Shown here piece by piece: positions 34,735 to 47,921 of a DNA stretch of 52,771 nucleotides. The position numbers were made by a program, and so were the translations under genes. The first letter of the stretch is position 1; every line of letters starts with the position of its first letter. Source of the stretch: Octopus bimaculoides (lineage: Eukaryota); contig NC_068983.1 in NCBI RefSeq assembly GCF_001194135.2, positions 163,305,220 through 163,357,990 on the forward strand. The letters run 5' to 3'. The notes under the pieces are model-generated. The model did no database searches. It saw nothing but the letters and a program-made list of their open reading frames with translations, and was not told the origin of the DNA.

Positions 34735-36349
34735 AGCAGTAGGTGTCCATTACGTCTACGACGGTAACCTTCGTCGCTGTTTGGTCCCAAGGACACCCTA
34801 TTCTAGTCTAATGGGTTCAAACCAGAAGAGTACCGGAACTTATAGGAACGTTGGAAACCAGCGTTTTCAAAAACGAAACAATCACGTGATCGGACGTACT
34901 TGTGTAGATAAATTCACAACGTGAAGATATGGTAGAACGGATAAAAAAGAGGAACAAACCAATAAAATTAATTGCATCTATGTAAGTATACAGTCGTGAA
35001 GTGTTTAAAACTTTGGAGCGTAGTTTCCATCCACGAAGCACATGAGTTTTCTATACGTCTATGAATATCTCGTTTATTACCTATGTACATAAATATATGT
35101 ACATACGACTATATTTGTATTCGTGGATGTATTCACCATATATCCATAAGAACATAAATTCACTCAATAAATATCACTGAGAGAAGATAAAGAAAAAAGA
35201 ACTATATTTTTCTTCCTTTGTACATTTTAACATAGATGTTCAGAGAACATGTACCTGATTTATTTTGAAAACTATTTTAGATATTTTTTTTTCTCTACAT
35301 ACAACTTCAAAGTTTGAAATATCATTCCCAGAACAGCAGAGATATGTTTAATATTGATCAAATTTGTCGTTGTGTCTTTTCGCTTATTCATCTATCCTGA
35401 ATATTTTTGTGGCCTTTTCCTTTGTGTATATTTCAGCATAGATAGTTGGCTCAACTCTCTCTCTTCCACATGCACGATAAATTACAGGGTATGCGTTAAA
35501 ATCACTGTCAGTTACATCGGGTTAATGTCTTCCTCTCAAACACCTTCAAATATATTTGCTTCTTTAATCCTCCTTCAACTCCTTTAGCTATTAACAACTC
35601 TATGACCATATCTATTGCTGCATGGAGGACAGTTGTCGCATAACATTTCCCTATAAAAGTATGATTCTTTTTGACTTTGAACTTTCATTATTCTCCTTTG
35701 GTCTCGCACACACACATTCCATACAAACATTACCGAATCTGAAACCAAACATTTGTGTTCTAAGCTCTCTAAAGCAACTAGTTTTATGCCTTATGTGTCT
35801 CTATACAAACCCACAAGAGATTCGTTAACCACTTCAATCTCACAGATCTTGAACGACTTCCGGCGATCACGTGCATACTGTGCTCGTCCAGACGAATCTA
35901 ACGTTTGTTCCGGAAGAGAATATTTGTTTATGACATTCACAAAGGTTAAAGAAACAAAATAGATTTAAACCACTCTTTAGTTTCGTCTCGCCAGATGCGT
36001 TTTTTTCTCTCTTTAAAACAGTTGCTTCCAGTTCCACTAAGTTAAAGAAGTGCCAAAAACATAAATTATTGTGCAATTTTAATGCACATCTGTGCAACTT
36101 TTATTCTATTGTGTCATGAAATGAACCAGAACAAATGATTTCACGCTGAAATTGACTGAGAAAGATTTTAAAACAGAGGAAATATTGTTCAGTTGTCAGC
36201 GCCAAAATGTTATTTTGAATGGGTAATTATTCGGTGTGTTTCTCTTTGGTTTTTAGTTTTGTTTCCTGGAATTTGTTGACTGTTTTTAATATGCAATGTT
36301 TCCAAACGTCAATCATTGGTTTCACGTTTGAGTGAGTTGAGATTTTACC

Positions 36350-36446
<97 letters not shown>

Positions 36447-36594
36447 GAGACAGAGAGAAAGAGGTCTGTCATTTCGATGAATAATCCGATACGTTTATAT
36501 ATATACATACATACAAACATGTATGTATACACATGCATACCTATACAGAAAAAAAAACCCCAAACCAAAAAAAAAAACGAACGTATAGACCCTA

Positions 36595-37700
36595 AAATAA
36601 TTTATCTAAAAGACATTTAGACAATGCTGAACACCAACGTTTGGGGAACGGACTGAAATCCACACCTACGCCAACAGTCAACCACGAAGGATTGGAGGCG
36701 GATATCCAAATATTCTATCCGAAATTACGACTTGTTGAATTCTTTGCTAATAACGTAGTGAGACTGAGGAATCTCTAGTAAGGAATAAATCAAAATTCAC
36801 CTCGCCAAAAGAAAGAAATAACCAATATATTGATATCCTGTCTAAATTTTCCCTTATACACCATGCTAATGTTGGGCCAAATATTAAATCAGAGATGTCT
36901 GCACTTAAGCGTCTACAAAACGATAACACAATAAACATTAAAGAAGCCGATGAAGGGGGCAATTGTTATAATGGATGCCGAATACTACAGGGATTTAGCT
37001 AAGGACCAATTGAAAGACACAGCATTCTACAGTGAAATACTTTCAGATATAGATCACCACATCATGAAGAAAGTCTATATCCTGGTTTCAAAACACTACA
37101 ACTCCCTTGCCAATAATGAAAGAGATTACATCACCAATTTGAAGCCAAAACCCAGCTTCTATGGCTAACCAAAAATACACAAGTCAAAAGAAATTCAACA
37201 TGCAATACCGTAACAAGAAAGTGAGTACACAAGATTACTACGCCCAAAAGACCTAAAAGTCAGACCTATTAAAGAAGGTCTAGCATGCCTTGACCACCGT
37301 CTAAACAATTTTATTGACATTGTTTTGAAACCATTTTGTACCCACATACCTAATCTAATCTGGGATCCCAAAACAACGGAATCGAATTCACTTTTACTTA
37401 GTTTTGATGCAGTGAGCCTTTACACCGATATTCCACATGATTTAGAAATCAAGGCGATCACGTACTGGATGGGAAAACATAGAGAAGTGATTCCCTGTAG
37501 ATTCACCGTGCCATTTATATTAGACGCAGTCAAACCCATCCTTGAAAATGACACATTATTTTTAATGCAAAGAATTACATCCAAGTTAGAAAAACAGCAA
37601 TGTGAACGAGGTTTGCTCCTGTTCCTGTGAACTCTAAAATGATATGCTTAGAAAAACAACTCTACCAAAGAGCAGAGAAAGCTAAGGCATTGAATTTAGA
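36595..37700 (+). mobile_element. Penelope-like element (PLE) ORF fragment, N-terminal region to RT motif A
   Basis: NLSKRHL..GLKSTPTP, KLRLVEFF, LVRNKSKF, IKEADEG/GAIVIMD..YY, FYG*PKIHKS, VRPI..G.AC..HRLNNFIDIVLKPF, LLSFDAVSLYTDIPHDL. Confidence 0.88.
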
Positions 37701-37729
37701 AAATATATTGAAGGTGCATAGGAAGAGAT

Positions 37730-37960
37730 GCCTTGACAATTTCTTCATAATCTGTTTATGAGAAGGTCTGATATGAACTGGATATGCGTGGGATACCATT
37801 TGGACATTTGGGCGATCTCTGCTTGTGCTTGAGATTAAGGCGCTGCCGCATTCCTGAGTCAACGGTCCATATTGGTACCAGATGCCGTGATTTGGCTTCT
37901 GTGTTGTTCGTGTCAATAGTGGCGAGGAGTCTTTGAGGTGTCGTATAAGCCATATTTGAC
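37730..37960 (-). pseudogene. Possible RTE-clade LINE 3' end
   Basis: MRQRLNLK..KCPNG and IRPSHKQI weakly resemble the terminal CxxC...H motif. Confidence 0.3.
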
Positions 37961-38029
37961 CTAAAAAATTACATAAATATTATTGGCAAGGCTGGTCTTC
38001 TTCGGTCAAAAGTGGACGGCCATCACTCG

Positions 38030-38097
<68 letters not shown>

Positions 38098-38272
38098 TCT
38101 CGTACACATACACACGCTCNNNNNNNNNNNNNNNNNNNNNNNNNNNNNNNNNNNNNNNNNNNNNNNNNNNNNNNNNNNNNNNNNNNNNNNNNNNNNNNNN
38201 NNNNNNNNNNNNNNNNNNNNNNNNNNNNNNTATATACATTCCTTTTTGGGATTTGGTTCGTGTGTTGAAGCA

Positions 38273-38471
38273 TATTTTGTTGTCTGGGGAGAGTCATTTT
38301 CTTTTTTGTGCTTTACAATTTAACACACTCACTGGTAAAATTTCCACTTATACCATATTCTTATTTTCCTAAAATTTTCGTTGCGTCTTGCAACTTTTTC
38401 GATAGTCTTAACACTACTGAAAAATTATAAGGCACTAAAAGAAAATGACTCTCCCTAGACACAACAGTATA
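38273..38471. repeat. Inverted repeat, arms about 48 bp, spacer about 100 bp
   Basis: gtctggggagagtcattttctttt at 38282-38305 versus aaaagaaaatgactctccctagac at 38437-38460. Confidence 0.88.
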
Positions 38472-39610
38472 TATATATATATATATATATATATGAACTA
38501 AGTGTGAAATATATAGTGCTTCATATGGCGATGTATCTCTATGCTATATTGAGAAACTATTGGGATTAAATCTTCTGTTTTAGAAGACAGACGTAACAAA
38601 GAATTGGACTTTAAAACATATATTACGAATGCTCTGCTGCAGGCTAACATTTGTCAGAAAAATCTAAACGGTGGCGGTAGAATAATTAAATCACATTACT
38701 TTGACGCACTTGATCGCCCGCAGATTGATTAGACGCAAATAAAGGCATTGGAATTCAGAAAGTTGAGAGAAACATTAAAAAGTTGAGAGAAACATTAAAA
38801 TTCTAAATACATTTTAACATTCTACTCTATTTTGGCTTCTTTCTTTAGCGACGTCTGTCTCAATATTTCTTGGTTTCTCTCACATCACTAAATAAATTTA
38901 GAATTATTGCTATCCAGACATGGATTTCCTTTTCTCGCTACCTACAGACCAATATTTCAGAACATAGTCTTCATTTATCAACATGGTATTACATTTAATT
39001 TTAAATTCAAAAGGATTTTTTATAATATTTTACAATGTTTTTCCTTTATAGTTCTTCCCAAATTAATACGTGACTAACAAGAGGACAAGTAAATTAATAT
39101 ATATCGACTTATTAGACTTGTAAGACTTTTCTGTATGCTTTATAAGAGAATATAATTGAGTTTTATACTTTAAAGTTAAGTAATGAATAGTAGAAAAAGG
39201 AAGAATACGGTCTGCTCTTAACTTCCGTTCTAAGCAGGTAGAATCCATTCATTTAATGCATAGTATTATTTTTTTACTCCAGGAATATCTTTTTTAGTTT
39301 CTGCTGATTATTAGATTTTAAATGAAGAATTATGAGCCGAGCAGATACTAATTTCAAAGAAATTCTTTTCTTTACAGTTGATAAAGTTTTATTCTATATT
39401 TCACAGTTTATGATCTTTTGCGAAAACAAACGGAAACAGTCTACGTTCTGTAATTTCATCTGATGATAATGTACATACATACATACATACAAACACACAT
39501 ATATATCTTTATGTGTGTGTGTGTGTATGTGCAGGTACGTATCCACATATGTATGTACATATATGTACATTTAGATACGCATGCACATAAATAAATAAAT
39601 AAATAAATAA

Positions 39611-39654
<44 letters not shown>

Positions 39655-39754
39655 TTAGATACGTATATGTATAGTCGTGAGGCATATAAACACACACGCA
39701 CACTCATATATATAAATATTTGCATATACATATACATCCACACACACACACACA

Positions 39755-39812
<58 letters not shown>

Positions 39813-39941
39813 AATGCATATATATAGATGTATATATATATATATATATATTTATATGTTTACATACATAGATTTATATATATACTCGTACATAAATGTA
39901 TATATGTAGATTTAGTTATATACATATGTGTACGTATGCAT

Positions 39942-39990
<49 letters not shown>

Positions 39991-40500
39991 GTGATTCCTG
40001 AAGCTTGTTTGATTTCAGAAACACTGTCTTTAGTGACTTGTTAATAAACGCGTTATGGTCTTATACTTGGGGAAAATAATCTTACAAATATTGTTGTTTT
40101 GTTCGTTCATATTGTTTTTGTTTTATTCCCAAGAACATTATATATCGCTTTAACAAAAAAATCATGTTTAGCCATAGCATTATGTGATAACAATTCTCTG
40201 CAAACACGAATTAGTCTCCCTCTATGCTGGGAGTACTGAACATCTCAAAGCAAAACAGAACTGTATTTATAGTGGCAATCACACCGACATCGTGATACTT
40301 TTATAAATGCATAATTAAATTTTTGCAAGTGTTCTTGAATGTAATCAATATCATAATTAAGATAACAAAACAAAATATTAAACATGAATTGTTGTCATCC
40401 TTGGCCCTCACTGAGAACCATTACTCCTATATCTATTCTATGATTAGGTTTTGATTAATAATAACATTTTATCACCATAATTATCTTTCTATCACTTTTC

Positions 40501-40618
<118 letters not shown>

Positions 40619-42039
40619 CAAACACACACACACATATCTATATATGTAGCATATTCGAAACCGAATCACCTATTTGCTAACTATAAGTCACGGCTTAGTC
40701 TCAGCTGATCGCCCAATTAACTGACCACTCAGCATTGAGCAATCACGTGATGCAACCTTCTAGAACATCTAACGAGGATTATAAATAGACAAGATTTTAG
40801 CGCAAACTCATTACAGGTTGTCGAGGGTGACATGGTGAAATGCGCCTCCAGTTGTGCCAACGTGTTCACAGAAACTTGCCAACTTACTATTCGTTATAAC
40901 TACAGAATTCTCTTTCACAGCCTGTATACATTGTTGTTTGTATTATTAATTCAGACCAACATGGACAATTTTGTGTGTGGTTAATAAAGTTTCTGTTAAT
41001 TGTTCACGAGCGTTGTGCATCATTTACACACAATCAGAACCCAACTTAACCATGAGTTCCTCCATTTCATCCATTCGATGATCTGTATGACAATTAGTAA
41101 CTCCTCTTGACGTATCTGTATCTATACATATATACCTGTGTGTATGTAAGTACACACACACATACGCACACACACAAGTATACATACATCTGTATATGTA
41201 TATGCGTATCTATATACATAAATACACGTGTGTGTATGTGTGTGTGTGTGGTGAAAACTTTACAAATCGCTAACGGATCGGTGAAGTGAAACACGGTGCA
41301 TATAATATAATTAGAAGTTAAACAGGTTCTGCAATCAGGAGAATGAGACAATGGACTAATTGATTTCTGCCTACCCAGTTCCTGTAATGTACGAACATAT
41401 CTACATATACAAGTTGGTATTTCAAAATAAGAGAACACATAAGTAATATAAACATATACAAAACACGGTAGCAGAGAGTCCGAACGTAGCATATGATCAT
41501 GATGTGTGGATAAACGCCTCATTGAGAACCGTATGAGTCAAACCGTCCAAATATAATTATCAAGCGTAGGGGGCAGACATGTTAGTATCTTCTGTACAAA
41601 AGATCACCTTGCTATATGCAGCACATATTCTATGCTTAACACTTTTAATACAGCTGTACAAATTCTCTCTGCACATTCATCATTTGATAGAATAGAATAC
41701 AAATCTCACAAAGTATTCTACAGAATCACCCCTCATTACTATACTACCCACTCGCACAATATACATGGTACAGAATCGTCATCTAATAACAACGACACAC
41801 ACCACATGTTGTACAAAATAAAATAAAAAATAAAATATCAAGACACATAATCGATAGTCCATAAGTCAGATTTTACGCAGAGAATGATAGATTTAAAAAT
41901 ATGAATTCATATCTAGAGTAAAAACATATTGAATTATCTGATAATTTCAATTCAAAGACTCTCGGAAACAAATCCGGGAATTATATACTTAGATAACTTA
42001 CATATGTTTCGGCCAAAGATTGACCAGGCCTTGTCTGAC

Positions 42040-42690
42040 TTAATAGCACCTCCTGAGAGGATTTGTTAAAGCATTTTAAAGTCAAATTTTGTGATATCAT
42101 TACCCGTTGAAATAGTAAGTTCTTGTTGACTGAGGAGCATTCTGGTATTGGTGGTTCAGCTGGGATTCCTTGAAGACATTTGTTCAGATTTCGTTTGTAG
42201 GTGATCATATCTTTTTCTTCTTTTATTTGTTTTGCGTCAATATTTAATAAAGCATGGCCTGTTACTGAAAAGAAATTGTATTGCAGTTAATTTGTATAGT
42301 GAGCCTAAATTGTATAGGGGAAGTATGGCACATGACCCCAGGTTTGGATGAATTCTGAATCTGGTATGAGGGTCATTTGGTCAAAGCTGACAGTACATTC
42401 TTCACAGTGCATACAAATAATATGCATTTCTCCGGAGACAATTTCATGTTTCTAATACTTCAGCGTTAAAATGTGAGGTGTTTTTTTCTATTTAGTTTGG
42501 CATAGCTGGAACAGCGCAATGTGAAAGAAGTATACTGCTTATAAACAGACCTGTAAAATCATAAATGGAATCCAGAAAGATTCAAAAGCAGTTGTATGAT
42601 AAATCTTCAAGCGCATTTCTATGTGTAAAATGTTTCACAAGACAGCTCGAATTTCTGAAATTAATTACAAAAATGGTATATAAAATCAGC
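42040..42690 (-). mobile_element. CR1/L2-like LINE 3' end, degenerate
   Basis: TYKRNLNKCLQGIPAEPPIPE resembles FK..LDKFL..IPD.PPIPGY; upstream AYYLYAL*RM resembles Y.IIY.WKI. Confidence 0.5.
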
Positions 42691-43504
42691 CTACAGAAAT
42701 AGGTCGAAACATTAATAAAAAAGATAAATATTTCGCGTAAAGCGGTTTAACAGAGAACATAATAAATATAAAAACATATTCAAGAATAGAAGAACGACAA
42801 TATATAAATATATGGAAGGAAATTCGCCAATAAATAATCTCACACATAAAAACGTAATACACGGATATATATATATAAAACAAGCAAAGCAGCTAATTAG
42901 AAAAATCTCAAGAGATAAAAGTAATAACTATAATGAGAAGTAATGTTTGTCACCACTTCAATATGGCTGTTACGTACGAACCGACGTTACAACTATATTT
43001 TTAGCCCTAAGTGGATGCCACCTTTAGCTGGTTAACCATTCTCAGTGCTGGACATCTGTCCTCTAGAAGATGGTAGAGGTTCGCTCCCTGTTTGCAATAT
43101 ATCGGATGCAGGTTGCATTGTTACCCAGTTTGAGGAGGTGTCTTCCAGGGGTTAAAAAATAGTATTAATGTCGGTTCATATGGAACAGCCATTTTGAAGT
43201 GGCGACAAAAATTACTTCTCTGTACAGTTAGTACTTCCATCACTTAGAGAGATTTTCTAACTAACTGCTTTGCTTCTCGCGAAGCAGTTAATGAATGTCA
43301 TTTGTTTTTCTATATATTGCCAGCTGCAGTGAACTACTGCCATCACTAGCGGATAGGTAATCACCATTGAGGATGGGAAAAAATAGCCCAAAACTAGCCT
43401 GGTCTAGTGGCCCTATCTAGTCGCTAGAAGATGGTGGGCGTTTACTCCTCTGCTTGCAATGCATCGAATGCCCGTTAATCAGCTAGAGGCGGTGTCCTCT
43501 TGGG

Positions 43505-43720
43505 ATTAATCTTAATATATAAATTCCGTTCTGTATGTCTGTCTGTTTGGGCGCTTATAACTCGAGTATTGTTCATCCGATCGCGCTGAAATTTTAAACA
43601 TAGATACATGAGAGAGCGGGGCGTTCCGTAATCTAAAACGATTTTCAAAATTGTTAGTTTCAAAGTGAGAATCGCTATTCATGTAATCTTTACGTCCTGT
43701 TTGTTCCGCCATTAAAACAA
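43505..43720 (+). mobile_element. Helitron/DINE-like non-autonomous 5' segment
   Basis: tcttaatatataaa...gtctgtctgttt...ataactc...ccgatcgcgctgaaatttt pattern. Confidence 0.45.
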
Positions 43721-44257
43721 CCAGTTGCTCAGACAGCCGGCGCATGCCATTTCGATAGCAGCAAGGGGAGTACAGGATGACAGTCAGCAATAACCGTCGC
43801 TATGCTGTCTCTCTTCTTTCTTCTATCTGTGGGGTAATAATCTTAATCTTTAGTTACAGTTTCTCATTCAAACAACATAACAGGCAGAATTGTCGGATTA
43901 AGACAGTAGGGTGTTTTGAGGGAGATTTGGCTGCTATTTCTACCAGGTCTAGCTACCATGTAGAAGTCTGCCTCATTGATATTGTATATTCCTTATGCTT
44001 TCCAAAACCGAGCTACAGCTATTGGATATCAAAAGATTCAGTACTTAATTTTCATTCACATACTTGCATTTCAAAAATTTAAAATAATCTTTTCCATACA
44101 TCAACTATTGTAAAAACTTTATACAATGACGTCACATTTTCTGTGTGTTTACCTCAAAAGACGTCAATCATCACGACATACACCTTCACTCACACACTCT
44201 ATCTCTCTCTCTCACCCTCTTTCTCTCTCCTATATACACGCGCAAGCACATACGCAC

Positions 44258-44306
<49 letters not shown>

Positions 44307-44316
44307 NNNNNNNNNN

Positions 44317-44351
<35 letters not shown>

Positions 44352-44569
44352 CACGTCCATTTCATATAGACGTACATACATCTTTCACTTTCTTTCTATG
44401 TTCTTTTCACTTTATCTTCTTTCAATTTCTCCTTTATTCAAATAAATCTTTTACGGATACAACTGCTTCCAAAAATAGGCATGTATAATTTCTTTCTATG
44501 TTCATAATTTTTTGTTTACAATCTTGGGAAAAATATGCAACCACAGAAAAAGACGTAATCTTTCCAGAA

Positions 44570-45030
44570 ACAAGTATAAAGCAAGGAGGATTGTAGAAAA
44601 CCAAAGGCGAAAGTCTGAAGAGATAAGCTAGATGAGATTTTCTCAAGATCAGCAAATGCATGTTGCAGCACTTAATGCTGGATCAATGTTTCAATGATTA
44701 GACAGAGGTCCAATAGAATACCTCTTAGAAACAGATTACATACAAATTCGTTCTTCCCAACTCCTGAAGCTGTTTTCAGATACGATCCATCCCATTCTTA
44801 TAAAAATAATAACTCTGTCCAAATTGGTGTGCTAAACACAAATTGTCTTTTCTTTAGAGCTTTCAGGTTTTCAAATGAAACACATGGTGTGTGCTGCTCT
44901 GGCGGTCAGGTAACATTGACAGCACTACCGGCTCCTTCTCAGCCAGTCAAAGGATTTTCTGAACAATATCAGACAATACAACTCTGCAAATGACATCGTT
45001 TGGTGCATCTAAGAAGATTAAATACAAGAA
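44570..45030 (+). pseudogene. Helitron Rep-helicase N-terminal fragment
   Basis: AVFRYDP..Y...VQIG.LN..C..F.AFRF.NE..GVCCSGGQV.L, then NNIRQYNSA-MTSFGA in the shifted frame. Confidence 0.85.
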
Positions 45031-45682
45031 TAAAGAGTAAACGTAGATAGAAGAATACACACACGAGAATACAGTTCATAGGTCATCTTTTTGCCAGAGA
45101 GTATGGAGGTTGTTCAATATTACCGTGAAGGTATAGGCCCTTAGGTATAATCCCAGGTAAATCCAGGCAGTATTTTAGCAGTATTTTGAATGTTGCGTTC
45201 ATGTTGAAGTAATGGATGACTGTAAGATGTATATATGTTTATATATGTCAAGCCTGATTGTGTATATCTGCATCGGTATATCCATATCAGCTCGCCTTCG
45301 ATTTCTCTTATCGCCACTCTTGAAACTGGATGAAGAATTTGGAGCTAAAATCGAAAGTCATTTGAACACTACTGAGGGTTTTGTATTGCACAAGACTTCC
45401 TCTTGCTACACATACGACACAGCCAAAGCTATGCTGCTAATGCAAAGGTTCAAAATATACCAAGATTCCAAGTGTTCTTATTGCGATATTAATAGCAAAT
45501 ATAAATAAAGACTCGGTTTCTTCGATATGACCAGTAAATACTTCAGCTCTGAGTACTTAACAACTGACTGCAAGGTTAAACTCTGATTCCCATTAAACTA
45601 CGACCGCTTTTCCATTTGGTGCTGAAGGTACACTATTTAATATGCAAAATAGACAATGAAGCTGATTGACAAAACTTTCACC

Positions 45683-45843
45683 AGCCTAGGCGTCGCTGTG
45701 TGGTAAGAAGTTTTTTTTTCCGACCTAATGATATCGAGTTCAGTCCCACTGCGTGGCACACTGGGCAAATGTCTTCTACTATAGCCTTGGGCCGACCAAA
45801 GTCTTGCGAGTGGATTTGGTCGACAGAAACTAAAAGAAGCCTG

Positions 45844-45883
<40 letters not shown>

Positions 45884-45925
45884 NNNNNNNNNNNNNNNNN
45901 NNNNNNNNNNNNNNNNNNNNNNNNN

Positions 45926-45982
<57 letters not shown>

Positions 45983-46229
45983 CTGTGTATGTATGTGTGC
46001 GTCTGAGTGCGTGTGCCTGTTTGTGTGTGTGTGCACCCGCCACAACTTGACAACCGGTATTGGTTTGCTTACATCTCCGTGACTTAACGATTCGGCAAAA
46101 AAAATCCCCAATAGAATAAGTACCGGACTTTAAAAAATGCTGGGGCCGATATGTTCGACTAAAAATGCTTCAAGTCGGTGCCCCCGCATGGCCGCATTCT
46201 GATGTCTGAAACTAGTAAAAAATAAAAGA
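45683..46229 (+). mobile_element. SINE family B, full length with internal (TA)n, gap and (GT)n
   Basis: Head gagttcagtcccactgcgtggcac; tail ggtgcccccgcatggccgc...tgaaactagtaaaa. Confidence 0.9.
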
Positions 46230-47921
46230 GAACCCCTAGTCTCCATCCCAAGAAACCCATATCATTGGCTTCCTTTTCCCTGTTTCTACTTCCGTCTCTT
46301 AAATAACAAACTGCATCTCCTCTCAAAATCGCTCCCGTTATCGCTTCTGTGTTTTACTCTCAGACCAGCATAAGTTTTCTGAATGTAGAGCACTTAAGAC
46401 AATAGTCCTCTGCTTCCCTCCTTCTACTAACGTTTAGCCTTGCTCATTAGACATCAAATCAACCATAAATTGTCTATCTATTTAGTCTGGAATGGTCGAG
46501 AAAGGTCATACTTGCTATCTCTAAACTAAGAAACTATGGAGGTGTCATTCGGCTATATCAAATAGAAACAGCATATTGTAACGTTAACTCTTATGGAAAA
46601 AGGAAATTTCTAATTGTGTTACGCAAAACGATTAATCATCGATATTTAGATAAGTTATTAAAAAATAAGACGTTGTTGGTGGTTGTATATGGTAGAGCAG
46701 CATTATGAGAGACTGTTGTGAGTTTAGAAGAAAATAAATCTGTGGTGTAAAAGAAGACAAGAATAATAGATGAATAGAATAGAATTATATAGAAAGACTG
46801 TTAGAAAAGAAGTAAAAAGAAAAGGAAGGTGATAATGTTGATGATGTTGTTCAGGAGGTGTTGTAAGACAATGGGGAAGAACGACAGGAAAAAAAAGAAC
46901 GATGCAAAGAATTGAAGAGAGTCTTTTGGAAAAAAGTTTTGTAGATTAAACTGAAGCGAATGGATAGAAGAGAGGAAAGAGAATGTGGATTAAAAGAATG
47001 GAAGAGAATTGGCGATAAATAAAAGGAACGACCAAACAAGATAATAGACGGAAGAATTAAGAGGTAAAGTCAATTCAACCGTGTTTCACTTAGAAAGTAT
47101 TTTTATATGTACAATGGGGAACACAATTGGTAACAAAAAGGGTGAGACAAAACGAAAACTTTATCAATTTAACTTTAATCAGTGAATATATAGCGATGGG
47201 AACTTATACAACAGGATATAGAATATGACATACAAAAAAACAAAACAATAGCATTTGAATTAAGTATGAGAATGAATTGATAAGTTTCATCAACAGACTT
47301 AATTGTATTTCCTTAGATACGAACAAATGCGCTTCAATTACAAACAGAACTTCAGTAATGGTATACTAGAGAGTTAGCCGAGTTTATTGCTAGGAAGATG
47401 GCAATAAAAGAATCCAACGACACAGTATTCGTTGTCACGAGAGTGCTACACGGTCATTCATACTCAATTCGCTACAGGAATAAATAATAGGAAACGGATT
47501 AATAGCAAAGTAAAAAAAAAAGAGAAAATCTATATTTTTGCCAAAAATGTTAAGCAATAAAAAAATAATCAAACGAAAATAATCTGAATATATTTATTGG
47601 ACATTTTAACAAAAAAAGTAGATTTATTGCGATATTTTTATTACAATATTCTGTAGCTCGACTCCAAGTAGTAACCTCTAAGTGAACAACAGTATTGAGA
47701 AGTGACTACATAAAATATAAATGTGTTGAGTATATTAATAATTTTGCAGCTTATTAATAGTTTTTGCTTCTATTACAGGTCTCCAAAGGCCAATATGTTC
47801 TGTGTCAGTTGCATTTTGATATGTCTGTCTCTAACGCAATCATTTACACACTCTGTCTGTCTGTTTGTCTCACAGTCTGATGTCACTCTTGTCTCTGTCT
47901 TCGTTATCAACTCTTGGAGTA

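Noticed and set aside
38759-38800. 20-bp tandem duplication (also a ~24-bp one at 8951-8995)
   Set aside because: Ordinary slippage duplications with no further structure.
45212-45508. 98-aa ORF
   Set aside because: It begins in TA-rich low-complexity sequence and has no recognisable motif.
46620-47060. RTE-like 3' ORF end in purine-rich DNA
   Set aside because: Only a vague resemblance; it could be low-complexity sequence.
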